The notes under the pieces were generated by a model. That model was not told where the DNA came from, searched no databases, and worked only from the letters and a program-made list of their open reading frames with translations. This document shows positions 7,463 through 16,307 of a DNA stretch of 64,000 nt, piece after piece. The first letter of the stretch is position 1. The number at the start of each line of letters is the position of its first letter. Source of the DNA: Longimicrobiales bacterium (lineage in GTDB: Bacteria > Gemmatimonadota > Gemmatimonadetes > Longimicrobiales > Gaopeijiaceae); contig CAXXKM010000001.1 of the NCBI GenBank assembly GCA_963664435.2, forward strand, positions 1,248,001-1,312,000, given 5' to 3'. Made by a program: the position numbers and the translations under genes.

Positions 7463-10453
7463 TTAGAAAGAGATCCGGAGGGACGCATGCAACGTAATCG
7501 GCGCCGGCACGGATTCCTCGAAGCCGTAGCCTCCCTGATTCTGATTGCTGTAGTCATTGGCGCCCTGATCGCCGGTCAGCTCAGGGTCCATGTACGGCAT
7601 CTCGAGCATCCAGAGGTACGAGTTGCGCAGCGCGAGCGTGAAGGTCGCGTTGCTCACCCGCTCGGGGAAGACGGCGTCCACCGGAATGGTGGCGCTCACG
7701 GTGCGCAGCTTGAAGAAATCCCCTTTCCACATGTAGCCCTCGCCCTCGCGGGGGTTGCAGCGGGCACGGTACAGGGCTGGGGTATCGGTCCTGAGCTCGA
7801 CCGAGTTCTGCCAGTCCACGTACCAGGGATAGCACAGGTGCGAGCGGACGCTCCGGCTGATGGACCACACGGCCTCGTTCATGTAGAAGCCGCCCTTGAA
7901 CTCGCCAGCCGCGGAGAGGGTAATGTTGCCCGGCGTCCGGACCGTCAGGTTCCCGCTGATGAAGTGGGTGGGCAGGTTGGGGCCGTAGTTGTGCGCGTCC
8001 CGGTCGAAGTTGGCTTGAGTCTCGGAGCATACCTCCGGTCCCGGACAGTAGTCGGGAGCCGCGATCTCGTCCGGATTCTGCACCAACAGGTCGCGCATGT
8101 TGCGCAGCGGACAGCCCTCGTCCCCGTTCGGTCCACAGTCCATCCGTAACGAGTTGGTCCAGGGAATCCCGAGCTCGAGCACCTTGGAGTTGTTGGTGGT
8201 CAGCGAGCCGCCGATGTCCACGCCCCAGGTTCGGGTGTCGAGCAGCGTTGCACCCAACTCGAGCTCGATACCCTGGTTCTGGATCCTGCCGACGTTGGTG
8301 AGCTGGCTGTTGGTGAACCCGTTCGAAGGGATCTGGGGAACGTTCAGGAGCGCGTCCCTGGTGATCTGGCGGTAGAAGGTGAAGTTGGTGGTGAGGCGGT
8401 CTCCCAGCCACGACGCGTCGAATCCGCCTTCGATCTCCTCCGTGACCTCGGGACCGACCTGATCGTTGCCTACGTTTTCGGGCACGAACGCGGGCACGCC
8501 AGCCAGCCCCGCCGGGTCCCAGGTGCGCACGGCGTCGAAGGCGCCCGGGGCGCGTCCCGACTGGCCAAAGGCGGCGCGCAGCTTGAACTCGCCCAGATCT
8601 GGCCAGAAGGCCTCATCCGAGATGATCCAGGACCCGCTTAGTTTCGGGTACACCTGCAGGCCGAAGCCCTTGCCGAAGGCGCTGTTACCGTCCACGCGCG
8701 TCCCCACGGTGATGAAGTAACGGTCGGCAATGTCGAAGACGTTCTGGAAGAAGAAACCGGCGTTCCAGATCTTGGAACGCACCTCGAACGCCTGGGTGAC
8801 GGCGGCGGAAGTGAGGGTGGGGTCGGCGGCGCCGGGGAAGTTCTCGCCGAAGCCTTCCACCATGCGGTCGTCGTCACCAATCGCCTGGCCGCCCCAGGAG
8901 AAGCTTGAGCCTATGGAGGAGGTCAGGTCAAAGCTATAGGTGCCCACGTAGTCGAAGGAGAGCACGCGGTTCTGGAAGGTGTTGTTGAGAAGCGACCCTT
9001 CCGGTACCTGCCGCCACGCGTAGGGGCGCAGATTGCGGTGCTCCTGATTTGTCCAGTCGTAACCCACGGTGAACCGGTTGGTCATCCGGTCCAGAGGCTC
9101 ATAGGTGATGGTCGCGCCGGTAGTGAGCCGCTCGACATCCTGGTCAAGCTGCTGGTCCATCAACTCGTTGAGCACCGCGGGGTCCCCGGTGCCGAAGTAG
9201 TTCCGCTCGGCCCGGAAGGCGTTGAGGGTGATGCCCTGGGCGTTGTTCTGCCCGTTGGTCATCGTGAGGATGTTGTTCGCGTACGCAGTGTTCCACTGGA
9301 CGGTGAGGTTGTTCGCGGGCGTGAAGGTGAAGTTCGCACGCGTGTGGTACTTCTTCTGGCTGTCGTTGGTCACATAGCCCTGCTCACCCAGGAAGCCGCC
9401 GGAGACGAAATACTGCAGGTCCTGTCGGCCCCCGCGCACTGAAAGCGAGTAGTCCGTGGTGAACGGCGAGCCCGGATGGTGCTCGCCACAGGACAACGGC
9501 CCGGTGCAGAGCCAGGGACCCATGTTGATGTACGGATCGGCGTTGGGGACATCCACGCCGAACTGGCGGCTCCATTGGCTTCCGGCCTTCACCTCGGCCG
9601 TCCAGACCGGAGCCCCGGCGGCACCTCTCTTGGTGAACACCTGGATGACGCCGGCGGACGCCTCGGTGCCGTACAGCGTGGTCGCCGCGGAGCCCTTGAT
9701 CACCTCGATGCGCTCGATGTCGGCCGGGTTGATGTTGTCGAGCGGGCTGACGGCGATGTTGCCGCTGCGTCCGCCCCGCCGATCCGGCGGGTTGATGTCC
9801 GGCAGCGGGTCGCTCCGCATGCGCACCCCGTCGATGTAGACGAGCGGGTGGTTGGAGAGGGACTGGCTGCTCTGGCCGCGCAGGCGAATGATCTTCGCCT
9901 GGCCCGTGCCGCCACCGCCGTAGACCTCCAGCCCAGGCGCCTGCGACTGCAGGAGGTCGGAGACCAGCACGGGACGGTCGGGAACCTCGGCGACGTTGAT
10001 CTGGGCGATGGTGTTGCCGATCTCGCGCTGGCGCGCCGCCCCGGCCGTACCGGTCACGACGATCTCGTCGAGGCCGAGCGCCTCCTCGGTCAGGGTGAAG
10101 TCCTGCACCAGGGTCTCGCCGGCGGCCACAGTGATCTGCGCGGTGGCCGAGCCCAGGCCGATGCGCTCCGCGCGCATCTCATAGGTGCCCGGTGGCACGT
10201 TGAGCAGCACGTAGCGCCCGTTCTGGCGGGTGAGGCTTCCAACGCCGGTGTCGGTGAGGAAGATCTGGACCTCGCCGAGCGGTGCTCCGGAACCCTCCAT
10301 GGTGACCTGGCCGGTGACCCGGCCCGGGTCCTGCGCCATCGCGGGAAGCGCCGAGATCAGCGCGGCGGCCACGAGCACCACGGCCGAAAGCGCGATCCGA
10401 CGCCCACCTGGCGACCGGTTCCTGGTTGAACTCGCGAACCTTCGATGCATCAT
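7463..10453 (-). CDS. SusC/RagA family TonB-dependent receptor
   Basis: Carboxypeptidase-regulatory-like N domain, LDEIVVTG, plug motif DIERIEVIKGSAATTLYGTEASAGVIQVFTK, C-terminal Phe. Confidence 0.92.
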   Translation of the reverse strand: MMHRRFASSTRNRSPGGRRIALSAVVLVAAALISALPAMAQDPGRVTGQVTMEGSGAPLGEVQIFLTDTGVGSLTRQNGRYVLLNVPPGTYEMRAERIGLGSATAQITVAAGETLVQDFTLTEEALGLDEIVVTGTAGAARQREIGNTIAQINVAEVPDRPVLVSDLLQSQAPGLEVYGGGGTGQAKIIRLRGQSSQSLSNHPLVYIDGVRMRSDPLPDINPPDRRGGRSGNIAVSPLDNINPADIERIEVIKGSAATTLYGTEASAGVIQVFTKRGAAGAPVWTAEVKAGSQWSRQFGVDVPNADPYINMGPWLCTGPLSCGEHHPGSPFTTDYSLSVRGGRQDLQYFVSGGFLGEQGYVTNDSQKKYHTRANFTFTPANNLTVQWNTAYANNILTMTNGQNNAQGITLNAFRAERNYFGTGDPAVLNELMDQQLDQDVERLTTGATITYEPLDRMTNRFTVGYDWTNQEHRNLRPYAWRQVPEGSLLNNTFQNRVLSFDYVGTYSFDLTSSIGSSFSWGGQAIGDDDRMVEGFGENFPGAADPTLTSAAVTQAFEVRSKIWNAGFFFQNVFDIADRYFITVGTRVDGNSAFGKGFGLQVYPKLSGSWIISDEAFWPDLGEFKLRAAFGQSGRAPGAFDAVRTWDPAGLAGVPAFVPENVGNDQVGPEVTEEIEGGFDASWLGDRLTTNFTFYRQITRDALLNVPQIPSNGFTNSQLTNVGRIQNQGIELELGATLLDTRTWGVDIGGSLTTNNSKVLELGIPWTNSLRMDCGPNGDEGCPLRNMRDLLVQNPDEIAAPDYCPGPEVCSETQANFDRDAHNYGPNLPTHFISGNLTVRTPGNITLSAAGEFKGGFYMNEAVWSISRSVRSHLCYPWYVDWQNSVELRTDTPALYRARCNPREGEGYMWKGDFFKLRTVSATIPVDAVFPERVSNATFTLALRNSYLWMLEMPYMDPELTGDQGANDYSNQNQGGYGFEESVPAPITLHASLRISF

Positions 10454-10499
10454 AACAGCCTCCGATGAAGGGGAACGGTAGTCTGGGCTACAACCTACG

Positions 10500-10529
10500 A
10501 GATTAGGCGAGTGCGAGCCCTGCCGTCAA
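10500..10529 (-). promoter_or_regulatory. Candidate sigma70 promoter of the susC-susD operon
   Basis: TTGACG-N18-TAATCT on the - strand about 50 nt upstream of the start. Confidence 0.45.
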
Positions 10530-10557
10530 GCTCGGGCGGGCTTCCGAAGCGGCCAGG

Positions 10558-11073
10558 TCAATGGGCGAAGCGGAGGGTGAATACGCGGCGTCGGCGATCC
10601 TCCACCGGGTCAAAGGGCGGATTTGCCACGTCGGGTTGGCGGGCGTCGTTAAGGATGAAGACGACGAGCCCGGTGATGGCGGCCGTGGTGGCGCCCACCA
10701 GCAGCCCCGTCTTGGCCTTGCTGAGCTTCTGGCGCTCGATCTGAACGATCTCGCCGGCGGGAACACGGATGTCCTGACCCAGCTGCGAGGTGTGGAAGCC
10801 CACCTGCCGCCGAACGGTGGGGATACGCACATAAAGGTCGGCGTCGGTCCGCCGCACGAATTCGCCGGAGAGCACGGGTTCGAACACGGTGCTCAACGCC
10901 TCCTCGTTGCCGGCCTGGTTGACCGCGTCCACGCCCGCGCGTGTAAGGTACAGCCGCACCGATTCGCCCGGTGGAACCGCGCCGATCTCGGTGGGCACGT
11001 AGTTGAAGCAGCCGGTGGCCGTGGAGAGCACCAGGGCGGCGGCGAGCGTCGGAAGTAGTCGTTTCGGCTTCAT
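10558..11073 (-). CDS. Hypothetical lipoprotein with a C-terminal hydrophobic segment
   Basis: MKPKRLL...ATGC lipobox; KTGLLVGATTAAITGLVVFIL near the C-terminus. Confidence 0.7.
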   Translation of the reverse strand: MKPKRLLPTLAAALVLSTATGCFNYVPTEIGAVPPGESVRLYLTRAGVDAVNQAGNEEALSTVFEPVLSGEFVRRTDADLYVRIPTVRRQVGFHTSQLGQDIRVPAGEIVQIERQKLSKAKTGLLVGATTAAITGLVVFILNDARQPDVANPPFDPVEDRRRRVFTLRFAH

Positions 11074-11198
11074 GGGCAGACACTGATGGAGTTTCCGAAT
11101 GTTAATCCTCTCACCATCGGGTCGGCAACGATCGATTCGACGCGGCGCGCGGCCGACAGCGGCGTTGACGGCCCGCATCCGGGCCCCGACAATCCACC

Positions 11199-12245
11199 AT
11201 GCCATCGCTCCAGGAACTGCTCGTCGCCTCCAGCCGCACGTTCGCGGTGGGGATCCGCATCTTGCCCCGGCCGCTACGGCGTGAAGTGACCGTAGCCTAC
11301 CTCCTGTTGCGGGTATCGGACTACCTCGAAGACAACCAGGAGCTGGGCGGCAACGAGAAGGTAGCGCTGCTGGGGAAGTGGCAGAACATCCTCGCGGGGA
11401 ACGGGAAGCGACAGCCGCTGATCGCGCGTCTGCGTGAGGCCCGGGAGGACACTCCGGACGCGCTGGTGGCCCGGCACTCGGCAAACGTGCTCGAAGGACT
11501 GGACGGGCTCGCGCCCCCCGCGAAGGAGATCCTCGTTCGGCGCGTGGGCGAATCGAGCGCCGGGATGGCGCGCTGGACGGAGCGCGGATCGCGCTTCGAG
11601 ACCGAGGCCGATCTCGACGACTACATGCATGAGGTGGCGGGACGCGTGGGGCATCTCCTCACCGAGCTCTTCACGCTGCGGCTCCCGGGGACGAGAAGCG
11701 CGCGGGAGCGGATGATGTCGCTCGGGCAGGAGTTCGGGCTGGCGCTGCAGACGGTGAACGTCATCCGCGGGCTCCACGAGGACCGGGATCGCGGCTGGGT
11801 GTACGTGCCGTCGGCATTCGTCGCCGATCCGGGCATCCACCCGAGCGAGCTCTTCGACCCGGCCAACCAGGACGCGGCCATGGCGGTGCTGGCCCGGTTG
11901 GTGACAAAGGCCGACAGACACCTTGCCGCCGCCCGGGCCTACATCCGGCTGATCCCGAGGCGCTATCACCGGGTGCGCCTGTTCTGCCTGCTCCCGCTGC
12001 TGTTCGCGGTGCGTACGCTGGCGATCAGCCGGGCCAACCCGGATGTTCTCAACCGGGAAACCAAGATGACGCGCCGCGAGGTCAGAGCCATCACCCGCCG
12101 GGCCATGCTGCTGGGTTTCTCGAATGGATGGATCGAACGCTACTGCAAGCGGTTGGCGTCCGTGCCGGCCAGGCGGAATGGAGAACCCGCCCACTTGGCC
12201 GCGCACCGGGCTCCACCCGCCCCGCAACGGATATCGAATCCATGA
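11199..12245 (+). CDS. Squalene/phytoene synthase family protein
   Basis: SRTFA, AYLLLRVSDYLED, DLDDYMHEVAGRVG, FGLALQTVNVIRG, RLFCLLP. Confidence 0.88.
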   Translation: MPSLQELLVASSRTFAVGIRILPRPLRREVTVAYLLLRVSDYLEDNQELGGNEKVALLGKWQNILAGNGKRQPLIARLREAREDTPDALVARHSANVLEGLDGLAPPAKEILVRRVGESSAGMARWTERGSRFETEADLDDYMHEVAGRVGHLLTELFTLRLPGTRSARERMMSLGQEFGLALQTVNVIRGLHEDRDRGWVYVPSAFVADPGIHPSELFDPANQDAAMAVLARLVTKADRHLAAARAYIRLIPRRYHRVRLFCLLPLLFAVRTLAISRANPDVLNRETKMTRREVRAITRRAMLLGFSNGWIERYCKRLASVPARRNGEPAHLAAHRAPPAPQRISNP

Positions 12246-13393
12246 AGCCTCTCGCGTCCTTCCGCGAGGAGTTCCCCGTCTCCCGGACCCACATCTTCCT
12301 GAACCACGCGGGCGTGGCGCCCACCTCGACGCGCGTGGTTCGAGCCGTGCACGCGTTCATGGACTCGATCGCGCGCGAAGGCCGGCCCGACTTCGATGCC
12401 TGGGAATCGGTGGCGCAGGACTGCCGGGAACGTTTCGCGCGCCTGGTCGGGTGCGAGGCGGACGAGGTCGCCTTCGTGCGCAACACTTCGCACGGGCTGT
12501 CGCTGCTCGCGTCGGGGCTGGACTGGCGGCCCGGGGACCGCGTTGCGGCGGCGGCCTCGGTGGAGTACCCCTCCAACGTCTACCCCTGGATGGACCTGGA
12601 CCGGCGGGGGGTCGCGGCGCTCGACGTGATCCGCGTGCACGGCGATGGGACGGTGACGGTGGAGGCGGCGGAGCGGGCGCTCGGTCCCGACACCCGCGTG
12701 CTGGCGGTCAGTTCGGCCCAGTACGCCACCGGCGCGGTCACGGATCTCGCAGGGTTGGGGCGGCTGTGCCGGGAACGCGGGGTGCTCCTGTGCGTCGACG
12801 GGATCCAGACGGTGGGCGCCCTGCCCATCGACGTGAAGAAGGCGGGGGTCCACTTCCTGTCCGCGGACAGCCACAAGTGGATGCTCGGCATGATGGGCAT
12901 CGGCGCAGTCTTCGTGGACAGGTCCGTCGTGCGGAACATTCATCCGCCGCTGCTCGGCTGGCGCAGCACGACGGACGCATTCAATTTCGACAGGGTCCAC
13001 TTCGAGCTGCTGGACCACGCGGGGCGCTACGAGGAGGGGAGCCTCGCGTATCCGCTGATCGCCGGCTTCGGCGCAACCCTCGAGCTTCTCGAGGAAGCTG
13101 GAGTTCCCGCCATCGCCGAGCACGTGTGCGCGCTGGTGGCCGATCTCGCCGGGCGCCTGGAGCGCCTCGGCTGCGTCACGACGCCCGACGGGAGGAGCCG
13201 GCGGCACATTCTGACCTTCCGCCACCCCGACCTCGACAACGACACGCTGCTCGCGGGACTCGAAGGAGCCGGCGTGGTCGCGTCGCTCCGGCGGGATCGC
13301 ATTCGGGTGGCGCCGCACCTCTACAACACCCACGGAGAAATGAGACGGGTGGCCGACGCCGTGGGCGCGTTGCTCCCAGCCAGCGCAGGATAG
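12242..13393 (+). CDS. Aminotransferase class V-fold PLP-dependent enzyme
   Basis: FLNHAG, EYPSN, VDGIQ, SHKW (PLP lysine), RIRVAPHLYN; ATGA overlap with the upstream gene. Confidence 0.9.
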   Translation: MKPLASFREEFPVSRTHIFLNHAGVAPTSTRVVRAVHAFMDSIAREGRPDFDAWESVAQDCRERFARLVGCEADEVAFVRNTSHGLSLLASGLDWRPGDRVAAAASVEYPSNVYPWMDLDRRGVAALDVIRVHGDGTVTVEAAERALGPDTRVLAVSSAQYATGAVTDLAGLGRLCRERGVLLCVDGIQTVGALPIDVKKAGVHFLSADSHKWMLGMMGIGAVFVDRSVVRNIHPPLLGWRSTTDAFNFDRVHFELLDHAGRYEEGSLAYPLIAGFGATLELLEEAGVPAIAEHVCALVADLAGRLERLGCVTTPDGRSRRHILTFRHPDLDNDTLLAGLEGAGVVASLRRDRIRVAPHLYNTHGEMRRVADAVGALLPASAG

Positions 13394-13490
13394 CCACGGG
13401 ACAAGCAGACGAGCATCGAGATATGGAGACAAGTACCCCGGGGAGAAACCGGGTACCGCAGGGAAAGCGAGCTTCGGGGAGGACCCAGCC

Positions 13491-16238
13491 ATGAGGAGAT
13501 TCGGGATGAGACACGCGACGACGGCGGCGGCGATGACGACGAGGGGATCCAACGCCCCGGAGACGGGAGGGTCCACGAGCCCGACCAATGGGCGCAGGCG
13601 CTTGACCACCAGGCTGGGCAAGGCCCCGGCGGCCAGGCTGCCCGCCGCGGCGAGCGGGCTGGCGGCGCTCGCGCTGGCGTTCTCCGCCATGGTGCTGACC
13701 GCGAGCCCGGCCGCCGCGCAGGACCGGCAGGGCGACGCCGGCGCGCTGCCCTCCATCGAAGAGAGGACCTCCTCCATGGAGCTAATGGACGGCTTCCTTC
13801 CCATGTACTGGGATGATGCGGGGGGCAGGATCTGGCTGGAGGTCGCGCAGTGGGACACCGACGTGCTGCACGCCTCCGGGATCGGGGCGGGCCTCGGGTC
13901 GAACGACATCGGCATCGACCGGGGCCAGCTGGCCGGCTCGCGCATTGTTCGCTTCCACCGCGTGGGTCCGAAGGTCCTGATGATCCAGCCCAACTACCGG
14001 TTCCGCGCGACCAGCGACAACGCCGCGGAGCGGAAGGCGGTGGAGGACGCCTTCGCGCCGTCGACGCTGTGGGGCTTCGAAGCCGCGGCCGAGACCGGTG
14101 ACCGCGCGCTGATCGACTTCACCCCCTTCCTGCTGCAGGACATCGCCGGCTTCGCAGGGCGCCTGCGGCCCGGCACCTACCGCCTCGATCAGAGCCGCAG
14201 CGCCGTGTACATGCCGATGGTGATGAACTTCCCGGAGAACACCGAGATGGAGGCGTCGCTGACCTTCGTGCGCCAGGACGGAGGCGTGGCCGGCGGCCGC
14301 TTCGGCGGCGGAGGCGGGGGCGGCTTCGAGGGGGTTGGAAACGTCGCGGCCAACGCCGGTGCGGCCACGGTGCGCATGCACCATTCCTTCATCCAGCTGC
14401 CCGAGCTGGGCGAATATACGCCTCGCGCGCACGACTCCCGCTCCGGTTACGGCGGCATGTCCTTCCAGGACTACTCCGCAGCGCTGGACGAGCCCATGAC
14501 CCAGCGCTTCATCCGCCGCCATAGGCTCGAAAAGCGGGATCCGAACGCGGCCATGAGCGAGCCCGTGGAGCCCATCGTCTACTACCTCGATCCCGGGACG
14601 CCGGAACCGGTGCGTTCCGCGCTGCTGGACGGGGCCCGGTGGTGGAACCAGGCCTTCGAGGCGGCGGGCTTCATCGACGCCTTCCGGGTGGAGATCCGGC
14701 CCGAGGACGTGAGCAGCCACGATGTGCGCTACAACGTCATCAACTGGGTGCACCGATCGACGCGGGGCTGGAGCACGGGCGGCTCGATCACCGATCCGCG
14801 CACCGGCGAGATCGTCAAGGGGAACGTGACGCTGGGCTCGCTGCGGGTGCGCCAGGACTACATGATCGCCGAGGGGCTGCTGGCGCCCTACGAGAACGGG
14901 GATGAGGACGCGCAGGATATCTCGGAGTGGGCGCTGGCGCGCATCCGGCAGCTGTCGGCGCACGAGGTGGGGCACACGCTGGGGCTGGGCCACAACTACT
15001 ACGACAGCGATATGGGACGCATCTCGGTGCTGGACTACCCCCATCCGCTGATCACCTGGGATGGCAGCGAGTTCGACTACTCGGAGGTGTACGACACCGA
15101 TATCGGCGAATGGGACAATGTAGCGATCCAGTACGGCTACTCCGTCTTCCCCCCGGGAGTGGACGAAGCGGCGGAGCTGGACCGGATTCTGGATGAGGCC
15201 TGGGAGCAGGACATCCGCTACTTCACCAACCAGGACGCGTCGGCGCACGCCCGCGTCGACCAGTGGTCGAACGGGACGGATGCGGGCGCAGAACTGGACC
15301 GCATGCTGGACGTGCGGCGCGCGGCCATGGAGCGCTTCGGCGAGCGCGCGATCCGCACGGGTACGCCGATGGCGCAGATGGAAGAGGTGCTGGTACCGCT
15401 CTACATGCACCATCGCTACCAGGTGACCGCGGCCGCTTCGGTGCTGGGCGGGCTGCACTACACCTATGCAACCCGGGGCGACGGGCTGGAGCCGGTGCGG
15501 CCGGCCTCGGCGAGCGAGCAGAAGCAGGCGCTCGACGCGCTGGTGCGGTCGGTGCTGCCGGCCGAACTGACCATCCCGGCGAGGGTCCTGGACCAGTTGC
15601 CGCCCCGTCCCGCCGGCTACGGCCGCAACCGCGAGCTCTTCCCGCGTTACACGGGATCGATGTTCGACGCCGTCTCGCCGGCGGTGGTGGCGAGCGCCCA
15701 CGTGGTGGGCGAGGTGCTGGAACCGAGCCGGGCGGCGCGGCTGCTGGAGCAGAACGCGCTCGACTCGTCGCTGCCGGGTCTTGGCGACGTGATCGGGGCG
15801 CTCACGGCGGTGGGCAACCCGGACCCGGCGGACTCGCCCTACGAGGCGGAGGTGCGGCGCGCGATCGGCCGGGTGGTCGCGGAAGGGCTGATGAGCCTGG
15901 CGGGTGGAGCCGCCATGCCGCAGGTAAGGGCGGTGGCGGCCCAGCATCTGGGATGGCTCGGCGACGCGTCCGAGACCCGGTCGATGGGCGACGACCACAA
16001 CGCCGCGCACTTCGCCCTGCTGGCCCGCGACATCCGGCGCTTCGAGGAACGGCCCCACGAGCCCTGGGCCCCGCTGGTGACGCCGGATGCGCCTCCCGGA
16101 GCACCCATCGGGACCGCGCCCACGAACTGGACCGGGTTCGGGACGGGACTGGGGGGCACGCTCGCGGCTCGGGCGGGGCTCGCGGACCTCACCTGGCTGG
16201 ACAAGCTGGTGCCGTTCTGCGCCTACGAGCAGTGGTGA
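13491..16238 (+). CDS. Secreted zinc-dependent metalloprotease (DUF5117/DUF4953, EcxA-like)
   Basis: HEVGHTLGLGHN zincin motif, EPIVYYLDPGTPEP, DPRTGEIVKG, SVLDYP; signal peptide; RBS GGGGAGG. Confidence 0.9.
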   Translation: MRRFGMRHATTAAAMTTRGSNAPETGGSTSPTNGRRRLTTRLGKAPAARLPAAASGLAALALAFSAMVLTASPAAAQDRQGDAGALPSIEERTSSMELMDGFLPMYWDDAGGRIWLEVAQWDTDVLHASGIGAGLGSNDIGIDRGQLAGSRIVRFHRVGPKVLMIQPNYRFRATSDNAAERKAVEDAFAPSTLWGFEAAAETGDRALIDFTPFLLQDIAGFAGRLRPGTYRLDQSRSAVYMPMVMNFPENTEMEASLTFVRQDGGVAGGRFGGGGGGGFEGVGNVAANAGAATVRMHHSFIQLPELGEYTPRAHDSRSGYGGMSFQDYSAALDEPMTQRFIRRHRLEKRDPNAAMSEPVEPIVYYLDPGTPEPVRSALLDGARWWNQAFEAAGFIDAFRVEIRPEDVSSHDVRYNVINWVHRSTRGWSTGGSITDPRTGEIVKGNVTLGSLRVRQDYMIAEGLLAPYENGDEDAQDISEWALARIRQLSAHEVGHTLGLGHNYYDSDMGRISVLDYPHPLITWDGSEFDYSEVYDTDIGEWDNVAIQYGYSVFPPGVDEAAELDRILDEAWEQDIRYFTNQDASAHARVDQWSNGTDAGAELDRMLDVRRAAMERFGERAIRTGTPMAQMEEVLVPLYMHHRYQVTAAASVLGGLHYTYATRGDGLEPVRPASASEQKQALDALVRSVLPAELTIPARVLDQLPPRPAGYGRNRELFPRYTGSMFDAVSPAVVASAHVVGEVLEPSRAARLLEQNALDSSLPGLGDVIGALTAVGNPDPADSPYEAEVRRAIGRVVAEGLMSLAGGAAMPQVRAVAAQHLGWLGDASETRSMGDDHNAAHFALLARDIRRFEERPHEPWAPLVTPDAPPGAPIGTAPTNWTGFGTGLGGTLAARAGLADLTWLDKLVPFCAYEQW

Positions 16239-16260
16239 GCGTCAGCCGGTACTGACGGGA

Positions 16261-16298
16261 CCGACGGCGTCCCGGGGTCTGCCCGGGGCGCCGTCGGG
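16261..16298. terminator. Long GC hairpin between convergent genes
   Basis: 17-bp stem CCGACGGCGTCCCGGGG / CCCCGGGGCGCCGTCGG with a 4-nt loop and no U tract. Confidence 0.5.
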
Positions 16299-16307
16299 CG
16301 GGTCGGC

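Noticed and set aside
5825..8149. Long antisense or alternate-frame ORFs (e.g. 5825-8149 +, 13782-16058 -, 39135-41591 -, 17198-19252 +)
   Set aside because: Shadows of real genes, expected at high GC; no motifs of their own
12242..13393. Cysteine desulfurase or selenocysteine lyase partner for SelD
   Set aside because: Lacks the catalytic Cys motif (SSGSAC or RxGHHC) and lies 10 kb away on the opposite strand
13430..13470. GTACCGCAGGGAAAG resembling a large-subunit rRNA motif, and GGGAGAAACCG shared with about 35064
   Set aside because: Matches are too short to distinguish from chance and have no flanking similarity
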